Below are positions 40,185 to 50,829 of a stretch of DNA of 64,000 bases, one piece after another. The notes beneath the pieces are model-generated. The model was not told the origin of the DNA and searched no databases. It worked only from the letters and a program-made list of their open reading frames with translations. The first letter of the stretch is position 1; each line of letters begins with the position of its first letter. This stretch comes from a bacterium (lineage in GTDB: Bacteria > Krumholzibacteriota > Krumholzibacteriia > LZORAL124-64-63). The stretch lies in assembly GCA_031441465.1 (NCBI GenBank), contig JANOEP010000016.1, positions 96,001 through 160,000 on the forward strand, in the 5' to 3' direction. The position numbers and the translations under genes are program-made.

Positions 40185-42425
40185 TTAATGATCTTCAATA
40201 AATACAACTAGTTGCGACATTGCAGCCGCTGCGGTTGGGTCCGTGCCGGCGAGCGCCCGCAGGCGCGCCAGGTCCCGTGACGCCGCCGCCGGATCCCGGA
40301 AATCGGGGTGCCGGGCCCGCAGCAGACCGCTCGCCAGGACCAGTTCGACCCGCCACGGCGGAGCGGCCGCGTCGTAGCGCGCCAGGAAGTGGTCGAGCAC
40401 GGCCAGGCCCGGATGATCTGCGCTGCGGATGTCGTGCGCCGAAGCCTCCGCGAGCAACCGCGCCGCCCGGGCGACGACGTCCTCGACCCGCCGCCGCTCC
40501 GCCGCCTCGAAGCTCCAGGGATCCTGCCGCCGGAAATACGAGTCGAGGCGCATCCCCGCCAGCAGGTCGGCCGCCGCCAGCGCCTGCTCCCGCAGCGAGG
40601 AAGCGTCACCTTTCGGCACGACCAGCCAGACGAAGCCGTGCGGCACCAGTTCGTACCGCAGCTGGAAGCTCGGCTCCTTCTCGCCGATGACTGCGACGGG
40701 CCGCCGCGGCGTCAGGTGGTCGAACCAGAACAGGTTCACCGAGCCCGGCAGGCCGCTGTAGCGGTCGGCGCTTTCTTGTCGCAGCCCGCCGGGGTTCATC
40801 GCCGCCCATTCCCGCGCGAACACTTCGACGGCCGGCAGGTCGCGCTCGATCCCCGCGACCTGCGCCTGCGGCAGCGTGCGCCAGCCCGCGGTCGTCAGCA
40901 GGGCGAGGTCGCCGTCGCCCCGGTCGGCGAGGCGGCCCCCGAGCACGCTCCTGTCGGTCAGCCGGACGCGGTCGGCGCGATCCAGCGGCGGCAGCAGGTC
41001 GGGCCGGCGCCGTCGCAGGCCGCGCACGTACCAGTCGTGGGTCATCAGCTCCTGGTCGGCCCAGGCCACGTCGGGGCGCTCCCCGCGCACGAAGGTCTCG
41101 TAGGCGAGCGCGTTGTGCAGGACGTCGCCCCGCACGAAGAGCGCGGCGTCGGGCGGCACACTGAGCAGGAGGTTGTGCGCGAGGTCGGCGTTGAACGTGT
41201 TGCCGCGCTGGTCGACCGCGCCGGCGTTGACCAGCAGCGCCGCGGCGACGGCCGTCGCGCCCATGGGCAGGGCCGCGCGCGGGAGGCGCCGGGCGAGCGC
41301 CTCCAGACCGAACCCCGCGCACAGGGCCACCGCGAATGCGGGCAGCGCGTGGAAGCGCTCGACCACGCCGCGCAGGTAGGCCGGCTCAGTCGGGAAACCG
41401 ATCCGCATGAAGAACAGCAACTGCAGGGCGAAGAAGGCGACCAGCACGGCGAGCAGGGAGCGCGCGCCGGGCCGGCCGCGCCGCGCGCGCACCGCCAGGT
41501 CGGTCAGACCGGCGACGGCCAGGACCGCGCCGAGATAGCCGAAGGCGCGGGGCAGCCCGGCCAGCCAGAGCAGCGCCTGGGAGCGGTCGGCCGTGTACCC
41601 GGCGGCCCGGGCGTCCAGCGACAGCGTCCCGTAGTCCATGCGCAGCAGGTGGTGGAACAGGCCGCGCCAGGACGCCGTGTTGCCCCAGGCGATGGCCGGG
41701 TCGCCGGACGGCAGGACCTTCAGCGCCAGCAGCGGCAGCAGGCAGACCAGCGCGATCGCCGCCGCCGCCAGCAGCGCGCGACCGGCGGGCGGCGCGACGC
41801 GCGGCTCCCGTCTCCACGTTCGCCAGGCGATCGCGGCCGTGGCCGCGTCGACGGGCACGGCCAGCAACAACAGGGTGTGGTGGTGGGAGAGGGCCAGGAC
41901 CGTCAGGCCGAGCAGAGCCAGCAGGCGCCTTCCCAACCGATGTCCCTCGGCGGTCACGACGCCGGCGAACACCCACAGCATCGCCGCGGCCAGCAGGCTG
42001 TTCAGGGCGAAGACCTCGGCGACCAGCGACATCTTCCAGGCCGGCGCGCAGAAAGCCCACAGCAGCGCGACGCACACCGCGACGGTCGAACGCATCCCCA
42101 GGCGCCGCGCCGCCGCCGCCAGGAAGCCGGCGGCCAGGCCGTGCGCCACGGCGGACAGCAGCGCCAGGCTCGTCGCGGGTTCGCCGAGCGGGACCAGGCG
42201 CAACCAGAGGTGGCCCAGCAGCGTGTACAGGGGATAGCCGGGTGGGTGCGCGACGCCGAGCCGGTCGGCGACGGCGATCAGCTCGCCGCTGTCGCCGGCG
42301 GGCAGGGTGCGCTGCAGCGTCGCGAGGGCCGCGGCGAGGGCCGCCGCGGCGGTGAGAAGCGCGACGCCCGCTCCCTGGAGGGGGCGGGCGCCGTCGAGGA
42401 TGTTCCGTGCTACGGACCTGCGCAT
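40185..42425 (-). CDS. DUF2723/TMEM260-like membrane protein (putative protein O-mannosyltransferase, GT-C)
   Basis: GDSGEL...GVAHPPGYPLY, AEVFAL, HHHT, WG....G...H..R.DYG. Confidence 0.82.
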   Translation of the reverse strand: MRRSVARNILDGARPLQGAGVALLTAAAALAAALATLQRTLPAGDSGELIAVADRLGVAHPPGYPLYTLLGHLWLRLVPLGEPATSLALLSAVAHGLAAGFLAAAARRLGMRSTVAVCVALLWAFCAPAWKMSLVAEVFALNSLLAAAMLWVFAGVVTAEGHRLGRRLLALLGLTVLALSHHHTLLLLAVPVDAATAAIAWRTWRREPRVAPPAGRALLAAAAIALVCLLPLLALKVLPSGDPAIAWGNTASWRGLFHHLLRMDYGTLSLDARAAGYTADRSQALLWLAGLPRAFGYLGAVLAVAGLTDLAVRARRGRPGARSLLAVLVAFFALQLLFFMRIGFPTEPAYLRGVVERFHALPAFAVALCAGFGLEALARRLPRAALPMGATAVAAALLVNAGAVDQRGNTFNADLAHNLLLSVPPDAALFVRGDVLHNALAYETFVRGERPDVAWADQELMTHDWYVRGLRRRRPDLLPPLDRADRVRLTDRSVLGGRLADRGDGDLALLTTAGWRTLPQAQVAGIERDLPAVEVFAREWAAMNPGGLRQESADRYSGLPGSVNLFWFDHLTPRRPVAVIGEKEPSFQLRYELVPHGFVWLVVPKGDASSLREQALAAADLLAGMRLDSYFRRQDPWSFEAAERRRVEDVVARAARLLAEASAHDIRSADHPGLAVLDHFLARYDAAAPPWRVELVLASGLLRARHPDFRDPAAASRDLARLRALAGTDPTAAAAMSQLVVFIEDH

Positions 42426-42528
42426 GGGAAAATCCTAGCTCCGGCAGTGGTGTTCGGCAAGATCACGGCCGGGAGGTTGCCCCTGCGTTCGTGGTTCGTC
42501 ACCCGTCCCGTCCGATTCGTTGCGCCGC

Positions 42529-43632
42529 TCAGCGCGCGCCGGCGGAGAAGAACAGTCCGGGCAGGGCGTCGCCCGCGAAGTCGAAGAGCGCCAAGTTCTC
42601 CACCGGACTGCCCGCGGATCCGGGCACGACCGTCCAGGCCGGCTCCCAGGCGATCACCGCCGCGCCGAGGCCGTCGGGCAACCCTTCGACGCTGTCGTAC
42701 AGATCCGCCAGGAAGCGGCGCTGCCCTTCGGGCGTCGCCTGGTAGCCCTCGTGCAGCTGCTCGGCGAGCCCCATCACGTTGTGCGTGTCGTCGGCCCAGC
42801 CCAGCGTCCACGGGTAGGCGGTCTCGACGACCATCACCGGCTTGCCGTAACGCTGCGCGAGATCTGCGAGGTTGGCTCCGAGCTGCTCCAGCGTACCGTG
42901 CCACCACGGGTAGAACGAGACGCCGATCGCGTCGAAGGGCACGCCTGCCTCGACCAGGTGGTCGAAGAAGCGGCGGCCGGCCGCCTTCTCTCCGCCGCCG
43001 GCGATGTGCAGGACGATCTGCGGCAGCGAGTCCGCCGGCGCGGCGTCGCGCACCCCCGCGGCCGCCGCCACGAGCAGTGCCGTCAGTCGCGACCACTGTG
43101 CCGGCGTGTCCCAGGCGCTCCGTCCCGCGCCCACGCGCCCCAGATCCCAAAGCAGACCTTTGTCGATCTCGTTGCCGAGCTGGATGCGCTCCGGCAGGGC
43201 GCCGGCGTCGCGGAACGCCCGCACCACGCCGGCGGTGTAGGAGCGCACCGAGTCGGCGAGCGCTGCTTGGGAGAGTCCGACCCAAGCCGCCGGCGGGTCC
43301 TGCCGGCCGGGATCGGCCCAGGTATCGGAGTAGTGCAGGTCGAGCAGGATCTCGAAGCCGGCCGCGCGGACCCGCCGCGCGAAGGCGACAACGGCGGGCA
43401 GGCTGTCGAGGGAGTCGGCGGGCGCGTGCCACAGGCGCAGGCGCACGAGGCGGTAGCCGGCGTCGTGGAAGATCACGAGGGGGTCGCGGGCGACGCCGTC
43501 GACGCGGTAGATCGCGCCGGCGGTTTCCAGGTGCGGGAGCGAGGAGATGTCGGCGCCGGCGAGCGGCGCGGCGGCGGCGATGCTCGAGCAGAGGCAACCC
43601 AGCAGCAGGACTATCGCGCAGACGCGTGTCAC
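42529..43632 (-). CDS. GH53 arabinogalactan endo-beta-1,4-galactanase
   Basis: Signal peptide; [47 protein letters not shown] start overlaps the carB stop. Confidence 0.92.
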   Translation of the reverse strand: MTRVCAIVLLLGCLCSSIAAAAPLAGADISSLPHLETAGAIYRVDGVARDPLVIFHDAGYRLVRLRLWHAPADSLDSLPAVVAFARRVRAAGFEILLDLHYSDTWADPGRQDPPAAWVGLSQAALADSVRSYTAGVVRAFRDAGALPERIQLGNEIDKGLLWDLGRVGAGRSAWDTPAQWSRLTALLVAAAAGVRDAAPADSLPQIVLHIAGGGEKAAGRRFFDHLVEAGVPFDAIGVSFYPWWHGTLEQLGANLADLAQRYGKPVMVVETAYPWTLGWADDTHNVMGLAEQLHEGYQATPEGQRRFLADLYDSVEGLPDGLGAAVIAWEPAWTVVPGSAGSPVENLALFDFAGDALPGLFFSAGAR

Positions 43633-46600
43633 GTACCCGCCTCCGTTGCAGCGCCGTGATGCTCCTGCAACGACCGCACCCGCAACTCCCTGTCCCGCAG
43701 CGCCCTGATCCCCGCGACCGCCGCCTGCGCCGCCGACATCGTCGTCAGCAGCGGCACCCGGTGGCGCACCGCGGCGGCGTACATCGCAGCCTGGTCCGCG
43801 TGGGCCTGCTGCCCCAGCGGCGTGTTCAGGATGAGATCGACCGCTCCCTCCTCGATCAGCTGCACGGTGGTGCGCCCCGCACGCCCGGCCTTCGGTGCCA
43901 CGGTCACCGGCAACCCCACACGCCGCAGAGCGTCGGCCGTGCCCTCGGTGGCGAACAGCGCGAAGCCCATGCGGTGCAAATCGCGGGCGACCTTCAGGGC
44001 AGCGGACTTGTCGTAGTCGTTGACGGTCAGCAGCACGCTGCCGGTCTTCGGCAGCACGACGCCGGCGGCCAGCTCGGCCTTGGCGAAGGCGTGCCCGAAG
44101 TGCGAGGCGTGGCCCATGACCTCGCCGGTGGAGCGCATTTCTGGGCTCAGGCGCACGTCCGCGCCGGGCAGCTTGTCGAAGGGCATGACCGCTTCCTTCA
44201 CGAAGAAGCCGTCGACCCGGGGCGTGGCGACGAAGCCGAGCTCCGCGAGCGTGCGGCCCGCCTGCACCCGCGCCGCCAGGCCGGCGACGGGCGCGCCGGT
44301 CGCCTTGCAGACGAAGGGCACCGTGCGGCTGGCCCGCGGGTTCACCTCCAGCACGTAGACGACGTCGTCCTTGATGGCGAACTGGACGTTCATCAGACCG
44401 CGCACGCCGAGCGCGCGGCCGAGGGTCTCGGTGTACTCGCGCACGATGTCCAGGTGGTACTGGCTGATCTTGAAGGGTGGCAGCACGCAGGCGCTGTCGC
44501 CGGAATGGACGCCCGCCTCCTCGATGTGCTGCATGATCCCCGCCACGACCACGCGCTCGCCGTCGGCCAGCGCGTCGACGTCCACCTCGAAGGCGTCCTC
44601 CAGGTACTGGTCCACCAGGATCGGTCCTCCGTCGGCGGCCCGCAGGGCCGCGGCGAGGAAGCGTCCGAGCTGCTCGTCGTCGTACGCGACGGCCATTGCG
44701 CGCCCCCCCAGCACGAACGACGGTCGCACCAGCACCGGGTAGCCGAGCCGCCGGGCGATCGCCAGGGCCTCGTCGCCGTCGCGGGCCATCCCCCAGGCGG
44801 GGCAGTCGATGTTCAGCTCTCGCAGCAGAGCGCCGAAGCGGCCGCGGTCCTCGGCCAGGGCGATCGCGTCGGGCGGCGTGCCCCAGATCGGCGCACCAGC
44901 GGCGGCCAGACCCGCGGTCAGATTGACCGGCGTCTGACCGCCGAACTGCACGATGACGCCGTCGGGGCGCTCCAGCTCGATCACGTTCAGCACGTCCTCG
45001 TGCGTCACCGGCTCGAAGTAGAGGCGGTCGGCGGTGTCGTAGTCGGTGCTGACGGTCTCGGGGTTGCAGTTGACCATGATCGTCTCGTAGCCCAGCGCTG
45101 AGAGGGCCCAGCAGGCCTGCACGCAGCAGAAGTCGAACTCCAGGCCCTGGCCGATGCGGTTGGGCCCGCCGCCCAGGACCACGACCTTCGGCCGCGTCGA
45201 CGGCGCCGCCTCGCAGCCGCGCTCGTAGCACGAGTAGAGGTAGGGCGTGCGGGCCGCGAACTCCGCGGCGCAGGTGTCGACGCGGTAGTAGGACGGCACG
45301 ACGCCCAGCCCGGTCCTCAGCGCCCGCACCGCGGCCGGCTCCAGCCCGCGCAGGCGGCCGATCTGAGTGTCGGCGTAGCCCAGCCGCTTGGCCGCGCGCA
45401 GCAGGTCCGCGTCCAGGGCGGGCGCATCTCGCAGCTCGACCTCGAAGTCCAGCAGGCGCACGAGCTGCGCCGTGAACCAGGGATCGTAGCCGGCGTCGGC
45501 CGCGGCCAGCGCGCCGGCGGCGCGGTCGGCCCCCAGCAGGGCGGCCAGGTGGAAGAGGCGGTCGGCGGTCGGCAGCCGTGCGGCCTGCGGGTCCGGCGCG
45601 TAGCGGGCGGACAGGTCCGCGCCGAACCCGTCGAGCCCGATCTCCAGGCTGCGGATCGCCTTGTTCAGCGCCGCGGGGAAGGTGCGGCCGATGGCCATCG
45701 CCTCGCCCACGCTCTTCATCTGCGGCCCGAGGGTCGCGTCCACGCCGGGGAACTTCTCGAAGTTCCAGCGCGGGATCTTCACCACGCAGAAGTCGAGGCT
45801 GGGCTCGAAGCTGGCGGGTGTGACGCCCGTGATGTCGTTGGTGATCTCGTCGAGGGTGTAGCCGACGGCGATCAGGGCCGCCAGCTTGGCGATGGGAAAG
45901 CCGGTCGCCTTGCTGGCCAGGGCCGAGGAGCGCGAGACGCGCGGGTTCATCTCGATGACCATGGTCTCGCCGGTGCGCGGGTCGACCGCGAACTGGACGT
46001 TGCTGCCGCCGGTCTCGACGCCCACGGCGTTGGTGACGCGGCGCGCGAGGTCGCGCAGATCCTGCAGCTCGACGTCGGTGAGCGTCTGGGCGGGCGCCAC
46101 GGTGATGCTGTCGCCGGTGTGCACGCCCATCGGGTCGAGGTTCTCGATCGTGCAGACCACGACGAAGTTGCCGGCCCCGTCGCGCATCACCTCCAGCTCG
46201 AACTCCTTCCAGCCCAGCAGCGACCGCTCGACCAGCACCTCGCCGACCGGGCTCTGCCGCAGCCCGTGCGCGACGGCCGCCTGCAGCTCCGCGAGGTCGC
46301 GGGCGACGCCGCCGCCGGCGCCGCCGAGGGTGCGCGAGGCGCGCACCAGGGCGGGGAAGCCCACCTCGCGGGCGGCGTCGGCCACCTCGTCGACCGCGCG
46401 CACGAAGCGGCTGACCGGCACCGGCAAGCCGGCCTCGAGCATGGCGGCCTTGAACCGGGAGCGGTCCTCGGCGGTGCGGATCGCCTCGAGGCGGGCGCCG
46501 ATCAGCTCCACCCCGAACCTTTCCAGCGTGCCGCGCTCGGCCAGCTCCACGGCCAGGTTGAGCGCCGTCTGGCCGCCCACGGTCGGTAGTAACGCGTCGG

Positions 46601-46847
46601 GCCGCTCGCGCTCGATGATCCGCTCCAGGAAGCCGTCGGTCAGCGGCTCGATGTAGGTGGCGTCGGCCAGCTCGGGGTCGGTCATGATCGTCGCTGGGTT
46701 CGAGTTCGCCAGCACGACGCGGTAGCCCTCGGCGCGCAGGGCCTTGCAGGCCTGCACGCCCGAGTAGTCGAACTCGCAGCCCTGGCCGATGGCGATCGGC
46801 CCGGCGCCCACGATCAGGATGGTCCGCAGGTCGTCACGCCTGGGCAT
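43629..46847 (-). CDS. carB: Carbamoyl-phosphate synthase large subunit
   Basis: [62 protein letters not shown] domain. Confidence 0.97.
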   Translation of the reverse strand: MPRRDDLRTILIVGAGPIAIGQGCEFDYSGVQACKALRAEGYRVVLANSNPATIMTDPELADATYIEPLTDGFLERIIERERPDALLPTVGGQTALNLAVELAERGTLERFGVELIGARLEAIRTAEDRSRFKAAMLEAGLPVPVSRFVRAVDEVADAAREVGFPALVRASRTLGGAGGGVARDLAELQAAVAHGLRQSPVGEVLVERSLLGWKEFELEVMRDGAGNFVVVCTIENLDPMGVHTGDSITVAPAQTLTDVELQDLRDLARRVTNAVGVETGGSNVQFAVDPRTGETMVIEMNPRVSRSSALASKATGFPIAKLAALIAVGYTLDEITNDITGVTPASFEPSLDFCVVKIPRWNFEKFPGVDATLGPQMKSVGEAMAIGRTFPAALNKAIRSLEIGLDGFGADLSARYAPDPQAARLPTADRLFHLAALLGADRAAGALAAADAGYDPWFTAQLVRLLDFEVELRDAPALDADLLRAAKRLGYADTQIGRLRGLEPAAVRALRTGLGVVPSYYRVDTCAAEFAARTPYLYSCYERGCEAAPSTRPKVVVLGGGPNRIGQGLEFDFCCVQACWALSALGYETIMVNCNPETVSTDYDTADRLYFEPVTHEDVLNVIELERPDGVIVQFGGQTPVNLTAGLAAAGAPIWGTPPDAIALAEDRGRFGALLRELNIDCPAWGMARDGDEALAIARRLGYPVLVRPSFVLGGRAMAVAYDDEQLGRFLAAALRAADGGPILVDQYLEDAFEVDVDALADGERVVVAGIMQHIEEAGVHSGDSACVLPPFKISQYHLDIVREYTETLGRALGVRGLMNVQFAIKDDVVYVLEVNPRASRTVPFVCKATGAPVAGLAARVQAGRTLAELGFVATPRVDGFFVKEAVMPFDKLPGADVRLSPEMRSTGEVMGHASHFGHAFAKAELAAGVVLPKTGSVLLTVNDYDKSAALKVARDLHRMGFALFATEGTADALRRVGLPVTVAPKAGRAGRTTVQLIEEGAVDLILNTPLGQQAHADQAAMYAAAVRHRVPLLTTMSAAQAAVAGIRALRDRELRVRSLQEHHGAATEAGT

Positions 46848-47946
46848 GGCCGGCCTCCCCGTGAGAGGCCGCCATCAGGGCGACGAAATCGTCGAAGTGC
46901 CGCAGCGAGTCGCGCGGTCCCGGCGCGCTCTCGGGATGGTACTGCACCGCGAAGGCCCGCAGCGCCGGCGCGGCCAAGCCCTCGCAGCAGCCGTCGTTCA
47001 GGTTGACCAGGGTGACCGCGGCGCCGTCGGGCAGCGTGGCGGGGTCGACGGCGAAGCCGTGGTTGTGGGCGGAGATCTCCACGCGGCCGCCGGCCGGCGC
47101 GCGCACGGGCTGGTTCCCGCCGCGGTGACCGAACTTCAGCTTGTACGTCTGCGCCCCCAGGGCCAGCGCCAGGATCTGGTGCCCGAGGCAGATGCCGAAG
47201 ATCGGCACGCGCCCCAGCAGCTCCCGCACCGCGGCGATCGCCGCGGTCACCGCCGCCGGGTCGCCCGGCCCGTTGGACAGGAAGACCCCGTCGGGCATCA
47301 GGGCTAGCGCTTCGGTGGCCGTCGTGTCCGCGGGCACGACCGTGACGCGGCAATCGCGCGCCGCCAGCTGCCGCAGGATGCTGTGCTTGATCCCGAAGTC
47401 GTAGGCGACCACGTGACGGCGGCCGGTGCCGTTCCAGGCGTACGGCCGCGCACAGGTGACCTCGCGGGCGAGATCGAGACCGCTCATGTCGCGCGCCGCG
47501 CGGGCCAGGGCGATCAGGCGCGCGGGATCGGGGTCGGCGGTCGACAGCGAGGCGCGCATCGCGCCCCGCTCGCGGATGTGCCGCACCAGGGCGCGGGTCT
47601 CCACACCGGTGATCGCGGGCCGGCCGTGCTCGCGCAGCCAGCCGTCGAGGTCGCGCCCTGCTCGCCAGCTGCTGACCACCGGGCTGATATCGCGCACGAC
47701 CAGGGCGGCGGCCCACACGCGGCCGCTCTCGCCGTCCTGGTCGTTGACGCCCGTGTTGCCGACGTGGGGGCAGGTCAGAGTCACCAGCTGGCCGTGGTAG
47801 GAGGGATCGGTGAGGATCTCCTGGTAGCCGGCGAGGCTGGTGTTGAAGACGATCTCGCCGACGGCGTCGGCGCTGGCGCCGAAGCCGAGGCCGGGCCAGG
47901 TCGAGCCATCCTCGAGGGTGAGCAGGGCGGGGGAGAAGCCGGTCAT
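46834..47946 (-). CDS. carA: Carbamoyl-phosphate synthase small subunit
   Basis: [49 protein letters not shown] at 47946. Confidence 0.95.
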   Translation of the reverse strand: MTGFSPALLTLEDGSTWPGLGFGASADAVGEIVFNTSLAGYQEILTDPSYHGQLVTLTCPHVGNTGVNDQDGESGRVWAAALVVRDISPVVSSWRAGRDLDGWLREHGRPAITGVETRALVRHIRERGAMRASLSTADPDPARLIALARAARDMSGLDLAREVTCARPYAWNGTGRRHVVAYDFGIKHSILRQLAARDCRVTVVPADTTATEALALMPDGVFLSNGPGDPAAVTAAIAAVRELLGRVPIFGICLGHQILALALGAQTYKLKFGHRGGNQPVRAPAGGRVEISAHNHGFAVDPATLPDGAAVTLVNLNDGCCEGLAAPALRAFAVQYHPESAPGPRDSLRHFDDFVALMAASHGEAGHAQA

Positions 47947-48047
47947 GGAACGTCCCGTCGCGCTGGGTCGCGCGCTGGTCCGCACGTCGGGGGGGCAGGA
48001 ACCCACGCGACCCGTTCGGGTCAAGACGGATACCCCGCTCCCAGAGG

Positions 48048-48086
48048 AAAAGCCAGGGGAGATTGCGCCGTGGCGCGAATCTCCCC
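48048..48086 (-). terminator. Hairpin after the porin gene, probable terminator
   Basis: GGGGAGATT(C)GCGCC-AC-GGCGCAATCTCCCC, then TGGCTTTT on the minus strand. Confidence 0.5.
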
Positions 48087-48097
48087 CCAACCGACTG

Positions 48098-49216
48098 CTA
48101 GAGCTTGAACTGGTACTGAAGGCGGACGACTGTCTGGCCCGCTGCGGACCCCGCGAGCAGCCCGGAACCGGTGTTGGCGACCGGGATGCGGTCCAGGGCG
48201 CGGACCAGGTCCAGGGTCCAGCGGGAGGACTGGCCGTCGCGGTACCAGTTGACGCCCAGGGTGGCGATGTCCAGGGCCTCGTCGTCGACCGTCGCGGTGG
48301 CACCCGAAACGCCGGCGCCCTTGTTGCGGTGGTAGACGCCGTCGAAGTCCAGGTGTTCCCAGCGGCCGAACGCGTCCCAGGATCCCGGCACGATGCACAC
48401 CGAGCCCTGGGCCACCAGGGCCGTCTGGTCGGCGATCGCCGCGCCATGGGAGCCGTCCAGGCTCTGCATGATCACGGCGGCGAAGAGGCTGTAGCCGGGG
48501 CCGCCGACCGCCACGTCGGCGCTGGCCTTCAAAACGTCGGGGTCCACGCCCTGCTCGAAGTCCGCAGACACGCCCAGCAGGACGGCCGTGCCCGCGTCCG
48601 GCAGGGCGCGGAAGTCGGCGCAGCGCTTGCGGTCCCCGCGCAGGGCGAACTCGCCGCGCGCGGCCAGCGCGATGTCGGTGCGGTCGCCGCCGAGGTCGGT
48701 GCCGGCAGAGTAGGAGCCGTCGTGCAGGGCCACGGCCACCCGCGAGCGCGCGAACTCGCGCATCAGCGCCGCGCCCTCGGCGTAGTCCACGGTGAAGTAG
48801 TCGGCGGTGTAGGAGCGCTCGGCGGCCAGCTGGTCGGTGCTGCCGACGTTCTCCTCGCGCAGGAACTCGGGCTTGAACTGGCCGACCCGCAGGCGCCACA
48901 GCTGCGGCAGCGCGAGGTCTGCGTAGGCGTACTCGATCTCGATCCCGCCGGAGGCGCGGTCGGCGCCCACCATGAAGCGGCCGCTCATGCGCCCGTCCTC
49001 GGACTTGGCGCGCACGTCCAGGCGCGCGGTCCGCACCTGCACCCCGCCCTCGTTCCCGGGGTTGCCACCGGGCTCGTCGAGATGGGACAGCATGGCGCGC
49101 AGCTGCGTCTCGAGCCCGTACTTGAGCGTCGGCCCCTCGCCGGCGACAGCCGGCAGCGCGATCGCGGCGACCAGCGCCAGGGTCATGATCGGTCCGTGAA
49201 TCCGCCGCAGCACCAT
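48098..49216 (-). CDS. Outer-membrane porin-like beta-barrel (OprO/OprP-like)
   Basis: Signal peptide; [16 protein letters not shown] motif; LGVNWY; C-terminal RLQYQFKL. Confidence 0.7.
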   Translation of the reverse strand: MVLRRIHGPIMTLALVAAIALPAVAGEGPTLKYGLETQLRAMLSHLDEPGGNPGNEGGVQVRTARLDVRAKSEDGRMSGRFMVGADRASGGIEIEYAYADLALPQLWRLRVGQFKPEFLREENVGSTDQLAAERSYTADYFTVDYAEGAALMREFARSRVAVALHDGSYSAGTDLGGDRTDIALAARGEFALRGDRKRCADFRALPDAGTAVLLGVSADFEQGVDPDVLKASADVAVGGPGYSLFAAVIMQSLDGSHGAAIADQTALVAQGSVCIVPGSWDAFGRWEHLDFDGVYHRNKGAGVSGATATVDDEALDIATLGVNWYRDGQSSRWTLDLVRALDRIPVANTGSGLLAGSAAGQTVVRLQYQFKL

Positions 49217-49322
49217 GGTCTCGTCCTTCCGTCCGGGATGGGTCGGCGCCGGAACGCGCCGCCGTTCTCAGGTCCCATGTCTCGTTGTCTAGCATGTGAT
49301 ATTCCCATGAAAAAGACACTCA

Positions 49323-49335
49323 CAACTTGTTGATT
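49323..49335. promoter_or_regulatory. IHF consensus site in a divergent intergenic region
   Basis: CAACTTGTTGATT matches YAANNNNTTGATW within an AT-rich patch. Confidence 0.45.
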
Positions 49336-49561
49336 TTCAATGAAACGACCTTCGGTCAACGCACATCTTGATCAAATATGGCGGCCGAATCCGTCGTATA
49401 TGATGGATATACCGTGCATTATCGCGGTATCGGGTGATGCCTTCCGGCCGGCATCAACGGAAAACGTTCAATCATCACCTCCCAGGGCCGATCACTACTA
49501 CCAGTCGGCGAGCACGCCCACGAGGGGCTTGAACCTGTCCCGATGACGGAGGTGGACCCGG

Positions 49562-50023
49562 ATGGAGGAAGTGAAATGGAATGCCGCCCTGAGTATCGGC
49601 GTCGAAGCGGTCGACGATCAGCATAAGCAGCTGTTTGCCATCGTCAGGGAATTGCAGGACGCCATCGCTCTGAGCAAGGGTCAGAAGCGGATGCACCAGC
49701 TCCTGGAGAAGCTCATCGTCTACACCGAGACGCATTTCCGGGACGAGGAAGCCTACATGGATGAGATCGGTTATCCCGCTCTGGAGAATCACCGGCACGA
49801 GCACGAGCAACTCGTGCAGAAAGTCCGCCGCTTCCAGAGGCGCCTCGAGATGGAACGAATCAGCATGCCGGTGCTGGAATTCCTGATCAACTGGGTCGGG
49901 CACCACATCATGACGTCGGACCAGGAGATCGGTCGCTACGCCAGGGGCTGTTCCGGGGCCGAGGCCGTGGCCGATGAAGTGGTCGAGGACGAGGTGACCA
50001 GCCCGGCCGGATCCAGCCTGTAA
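49562..50023 (+). CDS. Bacteriohemerythrin
   Basis: W...SIG...DDQHK, HFRDEE, YP...HRHEH, W...HI...D. Confidence 0.92.
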   Translation: MEEVKWNAALSIGVEAVDDQHKQLFAIVRELQDAIALSKGQKRMHQLLEKLIVYTETHFRDEEAYMDEIGYPALENHRHEHEQLVQKVRRFQRRLEMERISMPVLEFLINWVGHHIMTSDQEIGRYARGCSGAEAVADEVVEDEVTSPAGSSL

Positions 50024-50754
50024 AGACCCTGCAACTGCGCGTAGAGGTCGGCGTGCCGGCGGCGCAGCGCGACGGGGTCCTCGAAGAAGCTCTCGGTCGC
50101 CACCGCGAAGAACTCCGACGGGTCTTCGGCGCCGTATGTGTCCAGCACCGTGGGCCGCCTCTTGTCCGCATCCGACTGCAGCTTCTGGTAGGCTTCGGCG
50201 AACACCCGCGCCCATTCCGCATGACCCGACGCCAGGCGGGGCGTGCCGTCGGCCTCACCGGTCTCCTGGTCCAGCTGGTGGGCGAACTCGTGCAGCACGA
50301 CGTGGCGCCCGTCGCGCCCCCGCCGGGCGTCGTGGAGCACCTCGTCCCAGGCCAGCACGACCGCGCCGGTGTCCCAAGCCTCGCCGTCCATCGAGTCGTC
50401 GTACTCGTTGACCAGCCCCGTCTCGTCCTCCTCCGCGATCTGCGCCACGAAGGTCGTCGGGTAGAGCAGCACCGAGTGCAGCCGCGGGTAGACGCCGGTC
50501 TCGCGCCCCAGCAGCAGCAGGCAGGCGGTGCCGGCGATCGTCACGCGCATCTCGTCGGTCAGCGCCAGCCCGCCGCAGCCTTCGAAGTTCTTCTCGGCCA
50601 GGAAGACCTGCGCCAGACCCAGCAACTCGGCGCGGCCGTCGGGGGGCAGGTGCCGCCAAAAGGGGACGTTCTTCTCGATGATGGCAAGCCGGTCGGCGGG
50701 GAAGGGCTGCGCCCGCAGCTTGGCGTGACGACGGCGCTTGAAGAAGTCCAGCAT
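49936..50754 (-). CDS. MtfA-family (M90) zinc-dependent peptidase
   Basis: FEGCGGL, GEAW..G.VVL.W, HEFAHQLD, EFFAVATESFF. Confidence 0.9.
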   Translation of the reverse strand: MLDFFKRRRHAKLRAQPFPADRLAIIEKNVPFWRHLPPDGRAELLGLAQVFLAEKNFEGCGGLALTDEMRVTIAGTACLLLLGRETGVYPRLHSVLLYPTTFVAQIAEEDETGLVNEYDDSMDGEAWDTGAVVLAWDEVLHDARRGRDGRHVVLHEFAHQLDQETGEADGTPRLASGHAEWARVFAEAYQKLQSDADKRRPTVLDTYGAEDPSEFFAVATESFFEDPVALRRRHADLYAQLQGLYRLDPAGLVTSSSTTSSATASAPEQPLA

Positions 50755-50829
50755 GCGGTGCCTCCGGGACGAGGAACGGGTCCGGTCATTGTCGGCCGGA
50801 CCCGTTCGATCGTCAACCGGTTGCCGGGG

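Noticed and set aside
47947..48097. PyrR-type attenuator or riboswitch upstream of carA
   Set aside because: No PyrR binding-loop consensus on the coding strand; the hairpin is better explained as the porin terminator
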